A stretch of 64,000 nucleotides of DNA, taken from assembly GCA_009602725.1 (NCBI GenBank), contig WELB01000005.1:246783-310782 (forward strand), given 5' to 3'. Made by a program: the position numbers and the translations under genes. The notes beneath the pieces are model-generated. The model searched no databases. It saw nothing but the letters and a program-made list of their open reading frames with translations, and was not told where the DNA came from. This document shows positions 1 to 13,400 of this stretch, one piece after another (positions within the stretch are counted from its first letter, which is position 1; each line of letters begins with the position of its first letter). Source of the stretch: Spirogloea muscicola (taxonomy: Eukaryota).

Positions 1-11
1 CCCCCCCCCCG

Positions 12-66
<55 letters not shown>

Positions 67-67
<1 letters not shown>

Positions 68-3000
68 CGGCCATGACTTTCGCTCCCACCGCGCGCTCGC
101 CGCCACCGCCGCAGCCGCCCTGCCCCCCGCCGTCGGCGCCATTGACGCCGCTACCGCCATCGCCACCTCCACCCTCGCCGAGCGCGCCAGCTCCACCACC
201 TTCGCCCCCAACCCGCTCGCCCGAGCCGCTGCTGTGCCAGCACTGCCAGAAGCCCTGCAACTCGCGTTCCGCCCTGGCCAACCACGAGCGAGCCTGGGCG
301 CGCTACAACAAGCGTGCGGAACAGGCGCGGAGCGCAGCGGCTGCTGGCGGCCGCCGGTGCGGACCAGGCAGGCCAGTCCCTCCCGTGCCTTCGCAGCCCA
401 TGCCTCATCACTGGCGATGGCTGGCTGGCCTCGACCTGGCCGCGGTCCACCGCCAGGCGGCCCTCAGGCTCCTCCGCCACGTCCTGCGCTGGGTGCGTCC
501 GCACCTTCGCCGCGCGCTCCGCCCGGTGACGCAGCGGATCGTCACGGACCACCAGGACGAGGCGGCGTGGAAGCTGTTCATCCTCTTCCCCCGGCTGCTG
601 CTCGGGCGAGCCTCTCCCGAAACCGTAAGCAGGGCCAGCGGCCCTTCCTGGAGCGTGTCCGGTTGTTCGAGAGCGGGCACTGGGCGAAGCTTCTGGCGCA
701 ACATGACGTAGCCGTGGCGGCGTCTGCGGCCAACCGCGGCGACAAAGGGGCAGCGCCCAACAGGGCCGCCACCGTCCGCCGGGCTCTTCGCTTCCGCCAG
801 GCCGGTGAGCTCTCTCGGGCTGCGCAGGCCCTCGATGATTCGGTGCTGGCGCCTACCAACGCGGCGACACGGGCGGCCTTGCACTCCCTGCACGCCCCTA
901 CGCGCTCCCCCCTGCCCCCGTGGCTGGCCACCTCCGCACCGCCAGAGGAGGTGGTCTTGGACGCCGACGCCCTCCGGAAGGCTCTGCAGGGCAGCCGTCG
1001 CGCAGCCGCCGGCGACCCCTCCCGCATGCTCACCGAGCACCTGCCGGAGATCTTCTTGGAGGAGGACGCGGCGGACTTCCAAGCGCTGCTGCAGATGTGC
1101 CAGCTTCTGGCCCCGGAACACTGCCCCGGCCTGCATCCGTGGCGTCCTCTGCTCCAGCACGCTGCTCGCCCTCGACAAGCAGAGCGGGGGAGTCAGGCCC
1201 ATTGCCATTGGGGAGGTTCTCTACCGCCTGAGCCGCGTTCTCTGGCAGCAGCATGCGGGGTAGGCTCAGACGCACCTGGCGCCCCACCAATACGGCGCGG
1301 AACTGCGGAGTGGCGACGAGGCCGTGGTCCACATGGGGTCCACGCGACCTTGGACCAGCACCCGGGGTGGATGGTACTGGCCGTAGACGTGCGCAACGCC
1401 TTCAACTGCGTGGGACGCGACAGCATCACGGAGGAGCTGCGGGCCGCCTTCCCCTCCCTGCTACCCTTTTTCCGCCTCGGGTATGGCCAGCCCAGCGACC
1501 TTCTGTGGAGGACAGGGAGCGACACAGTGGAGGTCCTGCAGTCCCAGAGGGACACGTGGCAAGGGGATCATTCGCCGGATCTTTCTTTGCGCTCGCCCAC
1601 AACCGGGCCTTGCAGGCCACCGCGGCGGCACACCCAGGGGTCCTGCAGCCCACTTTTGCCGATGACACCACCTTCGTCGGTCCCCCGGCAGACGTGGCGG
1701 CTGCCTTCGTCACCTTCAAGCAGCAGCTGGCCACCCTCGGCCTGTCCACCCGGGCGAGGAGAAGTGCACGGCTTGGTCCCCCTGCGGCCTCCCATCCACC
1801 CTGGTGCTGCGCCCTGGGTGCCTGACTCCAGCAGACGGCTTCACCCTCCTGGGGGTCCCCATGAGCGCGCCGACCTTCGGGGAGGGGTAGCTGCGTGCCC
1901 GCCTCGAGGCGCACCTCCAGCCTGCGGCCCGGCTCCCCGAGCTGCAGGATATGCAGCTGGCTTTGGCCATGCTGACAGAAGCCATTGCTCAGAGGCCCCA
2001 GTACCTGGCGGGGGCCACCCTGCCGTCCCCAGGCGCTGGCGGCATACGCGGGATTCGATGCGGGTGTGGTGGCGAGCCTGGCGGCTCTGGTCCACCACCA
2101 GGGATTCCCCCGGTCGCCTGCCGCTCTTCACCAGGCAGCGCGGTGCCTCTCGGCTACGGCGGTCTTGGCCTTCGCCTGCTCGTCCACTCCTGCAGGGCGG
2201 CGTACCTGGGCAGCTGGGCGCAGACGGCCACCTCCGTGTCCCAGTGCTTCCTTGATCACGGCCGGCGTGCGCTGGTGCAGGCGGTGGTGGAGGTGAATCC
2301 GGGGCTGGTGCCCTTCCAGGTGTCGCTCCGCTCGGCCCACCAGGAGCTGCTGGCGGTGCACCCGGATCTGGCGGGACAGGCAATCTCCTTCGAGCACCTC
2401 GCGCACACCGCCGACCTGCGCGTCCAAGCGCGCTTCACGGCCGCGATGGACAGGGCAGCCTTTGCCACCACCTTGCAGCAGCTCCCGGAGGCCAACCTGC
2501 CTGACTCTACTCGGCCTCTTCCTCTGGGGCAGCGGCGTAGCTCATGGCCCTTCCCCTTGCTGACGCCCTCACCGTTCCTAACGAGGCATTCCGTAGTGCC
2601 GTCCAACCGGCTCCTCGGTCTGCCGCCGCCATGCCTCCAGGGAATGCGTCAGTGTAGATGCGGCGAGCGGGGGGCCGAGCCTGCGCAGCTGCCCGCCCAT
2701 CTTCTGCGCCATGCCCACGGTGAGGAGCGGACAGCGGCGCACAACCTCCTCCGTGATGCCATGCATGGCAACCTCATGGAGGCCGGCTTCTCGGTGGCCG
2801 CCGAGGACTCCTCGATCGTGCCGCTACAACAGAATCCCGACGGTCTCCACGCCAGACGGGTCGACCTCCTGGCCGCTTCACTGGCTGGCGGGCCGCGCCT
2901 CATCCTGGACTGTGGTGACCACCGACTCCTTCGACCGAACCCACGCCACGATTTCTGCCTCCAAGGCTGGGCACGCGGTGGCCTGCGCCGCCCAGGCCAA

Positions 3001-3470
3001 GGAGGTGATGTATGCGCACCACCCGCAGGAGGACGAGTTCTTTCCCGCTCGCCATTGACACTCACGAGGCGTTTGACGCTCGGTGGCTTGAGCTGCTACA
3101 CCAGCTATCGCGCAGTGCTATCTCCCGCCGGTACCATGGGGAGCAGGCGGAAATCAGCGCAGCAGGCTCGCTCGAAGGTGTATCACATGCGCCTGTCGGT
3201 CTCGCTGCACAGGTCTCATGGCACACGCGCTGCATTTGCGTGCCGCTCATGCATTGGCTGCAGCCTCTGGCCCTGGCCAGGGGACCCGCCACCTGGAGAT
3301 AAATTTCTCTGACCTGCGGCTGCTCAACCGGGGTCACTGAGTGTTTCGTTGCTACTTGATTTCCTGTATGCTTTGACGCTTTCCCTTGCCCCTTCGAATT
3401 TTGTTCATTCTTTTCTCTGGGCTGGCCTGTCGCAGCCACCGCCCTCTCTTGGAAGCGTCCTTCTTGTTGA
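67..3470 (+). mobile_element. Near full-length CRE-like (RLE-endonuclease) non-LTR retrotransposon, frameshifted and inactive
   Basis: Domains occur in order across shifting frames: N-terminal C2H2-like finger (CQHCQKPCNSRSALANH), RT motifs (GGVRPIAIGE, HQYG, AVDVRNAFN, QGD, FADD, TLLGVP), GYGGLGL, CRCG...HLLRxAHG...HN knuckle, RLE-type RRVD...LILD and DEFFPLAIDTH. A 3' UTR ends near 3470. Many frameshifts and at least one in-frame stop. Confidence 0.85.
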
Positions 3471-3509
3471 GCATGGACCATTCCAGAGAGAGAGAGAGAG
3501 GGGGGGGGC

Positions 3510-3705
3510 AGTGGGCGCATGAGCTGCATGCCGCACACCTGCGCCCCGGTCTGTGGGAAGCTGCGCGCGCCTCCTCAAGCATCGTACAGGCATCGATTGC
3601 CAACCTCTACGTACTGACCCGTGCTTATTGAGCGGGTCAATCTGCAGTGGAAAATGCACGATATCAGATGTGCTTGCCGTTGTACTTAGGCTATTTTGGC
3701 CTTCC
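3510..3705 (+). mobile_element. CRE-like C-terminal/3' UTR fragment
   Basis: Translates to ...ASIANLYVLTRAY*, followed by GAGCGGGTCAA...ATGTGCTTGCC. This 3' UTR is shared with 13620-13700, 56780-56875 (-) and 60585-60670. Confidence 0.7.
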
Positions 3706-4159
3706 AATCGTTCAATACAAGCAAGGGCTCGAGCTGACCACCGCCGTGGTCTGGGACAGTCAACCAGTGGCTGACTGGGTGTTGTGGTTGCGCTAGGTGG
3801 GGCCAAATCTGTCAGGACGACATGTCCGCCACTCCCGCTTGCACCACTGTCTAAGTCCTTGTGCTGCGCGCCGCCGTCTTGTATAGGGCGATCCCCTTGA
3901 GCTTCTTGCCACCATTGTGCAATTACACCGGTCCTGAAACACTTTCATAGTGCCGCATTCTGCACATTACATCACTGCAAGGCTTAGCCTCCTGCCCAAG
4001 GTGTGTTTGGCCTAATGGAGCCATGGACAATTAAGAGTGGCTGCTGCGGCTGGCGACTGCTTCCATGTTGAAGCGCCAACAAATCAAGAAGCCAAGGATA
4101 GTGGTGGGCCTGTCGAGGCCCTGTGGGCCTCATTGTCCAATGTAGCTGTTGACGTATAG

Positions 4160-4740
4160 CAAGAAAGCACAGCTCTTCCAAATTGACTGGTCGCTGTGAG
4201 AGGCCAGCCCAAAAAGAAGAAATGGTGCTCGCCCATAGAGAAGGGGGGCTGGCAAAGCCAGCCCTAACGAATGGACGATGTCCATAGCCAAAGAAAGAGG
4301 AGCCGGAAAAAGGGCTGCGCTACAAAACACTGCAAAACATGGAGACGATGCAGAGGGAAGCTCAGTACCCACGAGTGAGCAACATCAGGTCTGAGTAGCT
4401 CGCTGCAGGGAAAGAGGCTTTCCCGCCGAGACCCAGAGGCGGCGAGAAACGCAAGCGCGGCCAGATAACTGGTGGCTGGGAGAGGCCAGCCCAAAGGAAT
4501 GGACAAGGAGCAAGAAGAGGAAGAAGTGCGCGCCCATAGAGAACAAAGCCAGCCCACAAAAGAATGGACAATGTCCAAAGCCAAAGAAAGAGGAGCCGGA
4601 AAAAGGACTACACTACAGAATCACTGCAGAACAGTCACTGCAGAACACATAGACGATGCAGAGGGAAGCTCAGTACCCACGAGTGAGCAATATCAGGTCT
4701 GAGTAGCTCGCTGCAGGGAAAGAGGCACTCCGCCGAGACC
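4160..4740 (-). mobile_element. Stack of CRE-like 3'-end fragments upstream of RPC3
   Basis: FPAASYSDLMLLTRGY* C-terminus plus 3' UTR occurs twice (4215-4440, 4530-4740), interleaved with GGGCTGGC..CAGCC terminal motifs. Confidence 0.75.
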
Positions 4741-5108
4741 TGGCAAGAGCAAGCGGGGATGCCGCGGCCCGCTGGCGCCGCGGGTCTGTCGATAAGATCC
4801 AGCTAACATCTAGCTAAGACTGCTTGCACCCCGCGCTCCGCTGAGGTTGCACAGGCCTGGCTAGCTCGCCGTCACTATCGGATGGGAGTTGACCGCTAGG
4901 TTCTTGCTAAGTCGCCCGCTCGAGCGCCGGTAAGCCAACGCCGCAGAGCGCGCCTCTCAGCTGGCGGCGGCGGCGGCGGCGGCATCAGCGGCGACGGCGA
5001 CGGCGGCGCAGCGAGCGACTGCGGCCGGCGGCGTCGGCAACGAGAGCGGCGGCGGCGGTGCAACGGCGTACGGCGAAGGCGGTCGCCAAAGCTCCAGCGC
5101 GAGGCATC

Positions 5109-8100
5109 ATGCCGAGCACGCGCCACGGCCTGAAGCTCGCCTGCGAGGCCGTGCAGGACAGCTTCGGCGCCCTCGTCGAGGTGCGCGCAGCCGCCGCCGC
5201 CGCCGCCGCCGCCACCGCCGCCGGGTTGCTGCACAGCTGTGCAGCCGATCAGCTGCTCAGGCTGTCAGTTGCACGGTAGAGGCCGCAGAGCGTGGCATGG
5301 CCGCAGCTGGCCGAATGCCTGACGGCGCTCCGTGCGGTCGACGTCCGCCATTTCTCGTTCTCCGAGAACAACCGTGCATAGCTACAGGCTCCTGCAAGGA
5401 GCTGCTCCTGCAGCTGACCGTCATTGCTGCGCAGAAGGTGTGCTCGACTCTCGTCCACAAGGGGCAGCTGACCCTAGCGGAGATCTCGCGCGAGACTGGC
5501 CTTCCTCCTGCGGACCTTCGCAGCTACTTGCTGGTCCTCGTCCAGCATCACTGCGTGCAAGCCTACAGAGTGGAGGCGGACGGTCAGTCACATCTCTCTG
5601 CGATGCTCTTGGCCTTCACTTATATTATATTAAAACCGCGGCCAATGGTCCTCTGATCTGCAGCTAGAGTAAGTCAGGTTCCTCAAATTGTCTAGTCTAA
5701 TCACTTCTGCACTCTTTGTGAAGAGTTGACTCATTGTTCTAATGCCTGCTCTGATGGCTACATGTAAATTCCCCTCTGTGCAGCCAACTCGGCTGCAGCT
5801 AGGTTGCAGACCTACTATACTGCCCTCACAGACAACATCAGGCAGCGGTTGAGATACCCACGCTTCCTCCTCCACATACGCCATAAGCTTGGAAATGAGG
5901 TACGGCTGCGACAAAATGGTCTGCTTATCACACCTTTCCATCAGATGAAAGAAGGTCATTGTCTCCAGTCACCAGCTTAGACAGCTTGATAGTGTTGCAG
6001 GCAGAGGCGGTGGTGGAAGGCCTTCTGGAGCATGGGCGACTGTCCTTTCATCAGATTGTTCAGCGAGCTGCCGCGCGAGGCAGCCAAGGTATTGTTCTGA
6101 TCCTGTAGTAGTTTAGGTGCTGTGTCTGATTCATCGCAGAGCTTGCTGGTACTTCTCTACTCTGCTCATCACCTGATCATTTTGCCTTAGTGACGAGCAG
6201 TCAGCACATAGTCTTTTCTGTAACACTTTGGTCGTCAGCTACAGGTGAGAAGGAGGCCCGAAAGTCCGTGCAAGCAGCATTCGTAGCTCTTGTTTCAGAA
6301 TGCTACATTGAGCGATGCCCCAAGCCAGAGCCTGCATTGCCAAGCCTTGACAGCGTGGATGCTTACAGGAAAGGCCAGAGGGGACAAGTAAGTGTCGAGC
6401 AGAAATTATGTGCAAGGGAGGAGAGTGTTGATCAAGGTGTTCGTCCGATGAAACCTGCACTAAGAGTTGTCCTAGAGCCTGGCTGCACTATTGAGGATTG
6501 GCTCACAGAGAGATATGAGAATATTGAGCGAGCCACTGTCAAGGGCAAGCCATCTCCAATCCTTTACTTGGATGCCCTCCATTGATGTCCGTCTCTAACG
6601 CACTTGTATTGTGCTCTGCCCTGGCGTGAACCAGCGGGGCAGAGCTATCATTGAAGCAGGCGTTGGCGCCACAGAAGAGTTGCGGATTGTTAATGCTGCC
6701 ATGCCAGAAGGAACAGACAGATTCCGCCTGCCCTCCTCCCTTGCATTTGCTCAGGCTCACACCAACGAGGACGGTCTTGATCAGAGCGGCCATACACCTG
6801 CCACAAAGGTGAGAAGCTTGCAGCTGCTTTGCCTTCTTGTGGCTTCGGACTGTTGCGGTTGAGCAGTTTTCAAGTGCAAGCTGTTGGAGACGCCATGCTG
6901 ATAGCCAGCAGCCTGCACGGCAAAGTTATCAGTGAGCTTCACAGAGTAATGCAAGTGTTCTGTCACGGTCAGCGTAGGAGGGTCATCATGGATTGCGACG
7001 CAGACCAAGCAGAGGAGCATGCGAATATGCCAGCTGATGAACTTAAAGACAAAGATCGTCTGCATGCTGAGGAAGCGGATGTGTTGTGGAAAGTGAACTT
7101 CTCCGAAATCCTCCGACGATTTCGACACCAGGTTCGGCAGTCAATATGCTGCTTGAGCTGCCCCCTTATTTGGCATAGCTGCGCATCTGTTGGGAGCAAC
7201 CAACCAGGAATGGGTGTGGGTTTGAGAGGGTTACTGGAGTTCATCATTCAGGAGCACCTCACAACAAATGTCGAAGCTAACGCAGGCCTGCGTGGAGCAA
7301 GTGCGCAAGCGTATTGACCCCATGGCGGGGACAGTGCTGGAAGCAATCTTGGACTCTGGACGCACCAGCGAAAGTTCCCTCCAGCAAGCGTACACAGGTC
7401 CACCAGCACGTTGCTTCTTCACCGAGCAAGATTGAGAGATGTAACAGTTATGGTTCACCGTATGTATCAGCACATGCAGTATAGAGAAATTAATGTTGTC
7501 CTCCAAAGTTGCGCCCAAATGGCACATGCTCTTAGCACAATCTGCACACAACTATATCCAATCACATAGTAGCACAAGCCTCAGAAAGCAAGAAGCTTTA
7601 TGCATGATTGATTCACCAGCAATGTCTCACTCTCAGCAACTTGCGTGCAGCTCCCATCACCGTTGAAGCAGCTCTGCAGGCAGCTCAACGGATGCCAAAG
7701 GGAACGTCTCTTACGCTCGATCGTGTCCGCACTGCATTGCAACTCATGGCGTCAGATGCCGAAGGCCTGGCTTCTCGAGTTGGCGAAGGAAGTGGCGGTG
7801 GCCAGTTTGTTATAAGTATCCAATCCACCCAGACATTGCTGACAGAAAAACTCAAAATACGTCCGTAAACCTACCACCTTCGGCATGTCTAATGTGTAGC
7901 CTTCTTGTAGGGGTCACAATGGAACGAGTCGTCATCTTTGTGGGAATGTGATTGAGCAGTTCTGGCCATATCCTCTGTACAACGCAGCACTGCGTATGTA
8001 CATCAGAATAATGTAGGGGTATGTAATGTCCTACATGATCAGCCATGGTTGTCATTTACGCAGACATTTGGTTTGACAGAAATTGCACACACACGTTTTT

Positions 8101-9866
8101 TGTCTCTGCCTCTTTGTGACTGCTAGTTCCATGAAGCATGGTCTTCTCGCAGCCTGATCAGGGCTGAGAGAATGTCGTACACTCTATTGCTGGATGTGTT
8201 GGAGGAGCTTATACTCCCTGAGAGGAAGATGAGAGACAAAGCCTGGTGGCCCTCACCTTGACTCTATCTCTGATCAGACCTCGGCAAAATCGTTGACTTG
8301 ATTCGCAGGCAGGAGGTGGGATCCTTATCAAGCTCTCTTGATGTGACAAGTTTTCAGTCGACTGCTATTCAGAGAACAGCTTGCTGGCAAAGCATGTGCA
8401 GAAGAGGATATGAGTGCAACCCAAGCCTCTCAACAGATGCCCGGTAGACTCTACCTTGGCTTCGGTACTCAGTGGCTCCGCACATGCATCATATCATTAT
8501 GCCTTGTTCTGGCAGATTCGAGCTGTGGTGTCTCAAAGGTACGGCCTCCACAGCTGCCGCATCCTTGGGCTGCTTCTTAGCAAAAAGCAGCTCGAGCACA
8601 AACAGGTACTCCTCACAGAATGTGGAGATTGTTTTTTGACTGGCACTCATCTCACTGGAGAAAGTTAGCCATCTTACGGGCATATTTTGGGCATCTGCTG
8701 ACGTCCTTGCGCAGGGACCACTATGTCAGGACCTTTCTTGAGATTATTGTTTCACGGCAAGATTTATTGATACAGAGCCCAAGCATAGCAGCTGCCTCAC
8801 TCTTACAATGACCTTGATGTCGTACCTACCATGCAGATTGCAGAGATGGCCATGATTCCCATAAAGAATGCCCGTGAGCTGCTTTACAAAATGTTGCAGG
8901 AGGAATTTGTCCAGCTCCAGGTACATACAGAAATATAAGCAGCATGATGTCAACTGCGGTCTGGCCGGCTTCATGCTTGACCTTCCAAGCTGTACTCTGG
9001 CTGCTGCCTCCCTCTCAGGCCACTGTATGCTACCTCAACCTTTGCTCCATCTGACATGCTGCTTCCCTTCTTTTGAAACATATCAACATGAGACTGAATA
9101 GGAAGGGGGCCAAACTGTGGGGCTTGCTAATGTCAGAAGATGCTGCTGGGCTGATCCACAGGAGATTGCGAAAACGTCAGACCATGCTCCATCCAGGACC
9201 TTCTACCTCTGGCATGTCAACATTGGGCGGGTCAGTGAAATAGTCCTGGACAGCATGTTCAAGGCAGCATCGAACCTTCGGCAGCGGCTGACATGCGAGG
9301 TGGAGCAGGAGCAGGAGGTCAGGAGCTTGACACATTGAAGCAGCCTTGGTGGTGCAAGTAGCCTCATGCAGCTGACTTGCTGACATAGCCTTGCTTTCAT
9401 TGCTTCTCATTGTGGGCTAAGATGAGGTCCATCAGGTTCGCTTGCATGAGCAGTGTCTTTGAGAGCCAGCAGAACCTGCCATGACATGAAACCTCATCAG
9501 ATTTTCTCAGCCTGCAAACTTCACGCAGTTTCAAAAGGTCCACCGAGGGCAGCATCCTAGTGTCACTAGCTCGCCCATGACTAGTGACGATGTTCTCATC
9601 TACCAGTTGCTTTGCCTGTATCATGGCAAACGAGCGATCCGAGTAAGTGGCTTTGGTTAAGCTATTTACGCATTCCTGTGCAGGTCCTTGCGCTGCTAGA
9701 GCAGATGCAGAGGTCGGCATCCTCGGGCAGCATGCCGACTGTGCAGCCGGTGACTCTGACACCTGTCCAGCGGCAGCAGCTGGAGAGGGTCCGCCAGGTG
9801 GCCGCTGTGCTGGAGTCCTCCTTGCTCCGACTCGACGAGGCAATTATTGCTTTCAGCGACTTCTGA
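5109..9866 (+). CDS. RPC3: DNA-directed RNA polymerase III subunit RPC3 (C82/RPC62), spliced, ~14 exons
   Basis: Exon chain with GT-AG boundaries: MPSTRHGLKLACEAVQDSFG.., KVCSTLVHKGQLTL..LLVLVQHHCVQ, RLRYPRF, WKVNFSE, RYGLHSCRILGLLL..QLEHKQ, IAEMAMIP, QEIAKTSDHAPSRTFYLW, LESSLLRLDEAIIAFSDF*. All are typical of plant RPC3. Confidence 0.9.
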
Positions 9867-10139
9867 CAGCCTTCACTCACCAGCGTTCTTCCTTGCACTT
9901 GCACCTTGAGCGACTTCTGGCGCCAACTCCTGCATTCAACTTTCGTATTCAACTCGAGTGCTGGCTGCCTAGCTGCCTAACATGCAATGTCAGCAAGTAT
10001 CTGTGACTCATTGGAATAAGCAGCAGATATAGGTATACAAATGCCCTTCAGTCGAAATTGTTGTGTCCTTGCAATCAGGTGCAGATCCTAGAGCTGCATG
10101 AAAGCGGACCACAGTGGCATCGAACAGTAGCAATAAGAT

Positions 10140-10195
10140 GAAAGACGCTTCCAGTAGAGGGCGATGGCTGTGAGTGGCCAGCCCAGAAATGCAAG
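10140..10195 (-). mobile_element. Short CRE-like 3'-terminal fragment
   Basis: AAAGACGCTTCC..GGCTGTGAGTGGCCAGCCCAG matches the element terminus at 3415-3465 in reverse. Confidence 0.55.
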
Positions 10196-10499
10196 AGGAC
10201 ATGCCAGAGGGAAACCTCTTTCAAATGTTACTAGCCTCTTGCAGCAAAAGCAGCAGGCTGCTCAGACCAAAATTCAGACAGGCCATCTCTATTGAGACAG
10301 ACTGCCCAAAGAAATAAGAAGGTCCCTTTTAAATCAAAGATGATAAATAAGATGGAGACCAAAAAATATCCAATATCAAACGACTTCGTGCATCAAAAGT
10401 AGCTGCATTCATAGACAGAGAGGTCAAGCCCGTGACTAGATATTGCACATTTGCCAGGGAGGCACACCTGCTTTGCGTGTCTAGAAGCAATGGACGCAA

Positions 10500-13400
10500 A
10501 ATTGGGCAATGCACCTGTCTGTGACAAATGGCTGTCTAATCTTTTGTCCTTGCAAGAGAATGAACTCATTTGAGGATGACAAGGACATCCAGATTGTTGA
10601 GAAGTTGCAAGGCCCAGAAACAGCCTGGATTGCAACATGTCGGCGATCCAATTTACAATCCACCTGCAAAAGGGGCAGCAAGTAGCATTCAGATATGACA
10701 GGTGAAAGACATGTTGCTGCGGCAGCAAGACCGACTCTACTATGGTGAAAGACTGCAACGCGCATCTGAGAGTCATGCTCGGACAAAGCGCGCTAAATGA
10801 AAGGCTATACCACCTAATAAAAGGTTATAATACCAATCAAGGAACAAGGCAAGGCAGGTGGCAGCAGCGTAACAAGCAGAGCTCACACTTAGGATGATGG
10901 CTGCAGCGGCAGAGGCCACTACTGATGACCACAGAGAGGTCATTGGAGCACACCCCAAACAGCCACTGACGGGCATTGCATGATGTCCACTGTCAAACCC
11001 TGGGCCTGCTTCAGTTGGAACAGTAGGCTACAGGCCTATACGACAGCAGAGACTGTCCTACAAGAGCAAGCGTTCGGCTGACACAAGGTCCAGGGGCATT
11101 CATGTCAACCTTGTTGCCATTAATGACGCAGTTGCTACCAACAGCAACAACTGCGCCGCCGTCTGTGAGGCAGACTGGTCGACCCGGGATGTAGATTGGG
11201 GGATATGGAAAGGTGGCTGTCACAAAGAAATGTCAGGAACAAGAAACGCAATGTCAAAGTCAAGCTGGGGCCTTGGTGGCAGTGAAGGCTATACTAATGG
11301 CTGTGGATGTGCACCCAGGCCTTGAGCGAGCCAGTCAGTGTGCATCTCACAATGACTATGCAATAATATCCTGCATGGACAATAAGCTTGCGGAATACAG
11401 GTGCTCCTGCAGCGGCAGCAACTCACTCCTCTGGCAGATGCACATCCCCTTCTTGTGAGGATTTAGCTGGTAATAGCCACACGCCTGCAGCTTCCCTAAC
11501 TTGGTGTGCTGTGCCAGCATTGTGGGTGAGAGCCAACAGATTAAGTAGGTTCCTGGACAGTGCTCGTTCTCAGAATCTTGCTGTCCAACAAGTCAAGAAG
11601 GGGAGCCAGCACGCAACTTGCAGAAAAATGGGATGAAATCATGGGCAACACCCAAAGCTCTGATGCAATCACAACTACCTGCATAAATGACTTGGCCTGC
11701 CAAGGCAAAACACTCCATCACTGGAGGCGAGGCAGACCTCGGGTTTGAGCATACAGTTGCTTTTCACAACTACGGTGCGCTGCTTGAACGTGCACGTCAG
11801 GTTTGCAGGGCCTGGCAGCAACTTCTTTGCTGCTGCAGACGCAGGACAGGATGTCGGCTTACAACCCTTGGGCCAAGTCCATGGCAGAACGTGTCTACAG
11901 AACACATGTTGGGGTACGGACTTCAAGTACGCCAGTCATGTAGTGGAGTGGCTTCTGACCCAATGGCAATACCAATGGCAACAGTGGGACGAGTTCGTCC
12001 CACTGGCCGTCGATCTGCACGAGGCTTTTGGGTCTCAGTTGCTAGAACCGTTGGCCCGGCTTGCGCAACGCGCTGTATCCCGCACGCGGGGCGAGCAGGC
12101 CAACTTCAACGCGCCGCTGGCTCTCGCTAGTGCAGGTTGTTTCGCATGCGCCTGTCCGTCTCCCTCCAGCGGTCCATGGCCCACGCCTTGCATTCTGCGT
12201 GCTGGCCGTGCTCTAGCTGCAGCTTCTGGCTCTCGTAAATAGAGAAAGCGCGTCCAAATTGAGTGGTGGCTGTGAGAGGCCTGCCCAAAGGAATGGACAA
12301 GCAGAGAGCAATGTACTAACTGCTAAGACGCCAGCATGTGGGCGCTCAGTAACCTCTAGTCAGTAGATTGAAATCGGAATAGCTAGCAGGCGGATAGACG
12401 TCGTAAAAGCGATTGCATTCCGGCGGCTACTCTTTCTGACCTTGCGCTCCTACTTAGAGGGCTACTAAGTGATTATTCTACAGGAAAAGCTTTGGGTCAG
12501 CGCTTTTTGGCCCCTTTGGACCTTCTCACAGCCATTGCTGTGTATGTGGAAGAGAGAAGGCGCGCGGTGTGCATGACATTGAAAGGGAGGCCAAATCTGC
12601 CTTGCAAATGTCCTGTTAACGGGGTAATGAGCTGGCTAAGGGGGACAATAATATTCCCGAGTGAGCACAAGCATGTCTGACAAGCTAAGCTGAGGAGCCA
12701 AAACACCCAGCCATTAGCCTGGGCTAATGCACGCCCAGCACGCTGGTGTATCGCGAGTGCCTGGAGCGCTGTAGACACAATGATAGCCGCTTTCTATAGT
12801 GGATGTATATGGAAGAGAAGTTCTTCTCTCAATTCTTTTCGGGCTGGCCGTTTATAGCCCTCCCCCCTTTTAGGAGAGCTACTTTCTTTACTTCTATTGG
12901 CAATAGACGTCCACGGGGCATCTGGGTCTCGGTAGCTTGACCTCCTGCACCAGCTCGCGCGATGAGCGGTGTGCCCAATGGCAGCAAGGGACGCAGACAG
13001 GCTTCCATGATGCGGGCTCTCTGGCCCTCGTGTAAAGCATGCGTTTATCCTACTCGCTGCAGCGCGCACCTGGCTTATTCTATGCATCTGTGTGCTGGCT
13101 GTGCTTAGGCTGCCGCCTCGGGCTATAGGCGGGCGACTCCTTTCCAAGAACACCTGTTAGCATCTGGCTTGCTTTTACAGCCGCTCTTTTGATTTCAGCA
13201 GCCGCATTCTTTCTCTTCTTTTCTCTTTCTATTTCCAGCGGGCTGGCTGTTTACAGCCCTCGCCCGCTTTGGGAGAGCCCACTTCTTCTTTCCAGCTGCT
13301 AGCAGCACCAACTTGCGGCTGTTGACTAGGAGGTAGTAAGCAGCCATCCGTATAAGCGGCTAGCTTTCTTATGCGTCATACGCTTTCCGGTACCTTTTGA

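Noticed and set aside
1..66. Poly-C tract directly before the retroelement ORF (possible target site or G-quadruplex)
   Set aside because: It lies at the window edge, and similar G/C runs border assembly gaps elsewhere, so it cannot be distinguished from a sequencing or assembly artefact.
3820..4130. Possible minus-strand remnant of a CRE N-terminal region
   Set aside because: Similarity is too weak to support by eye.
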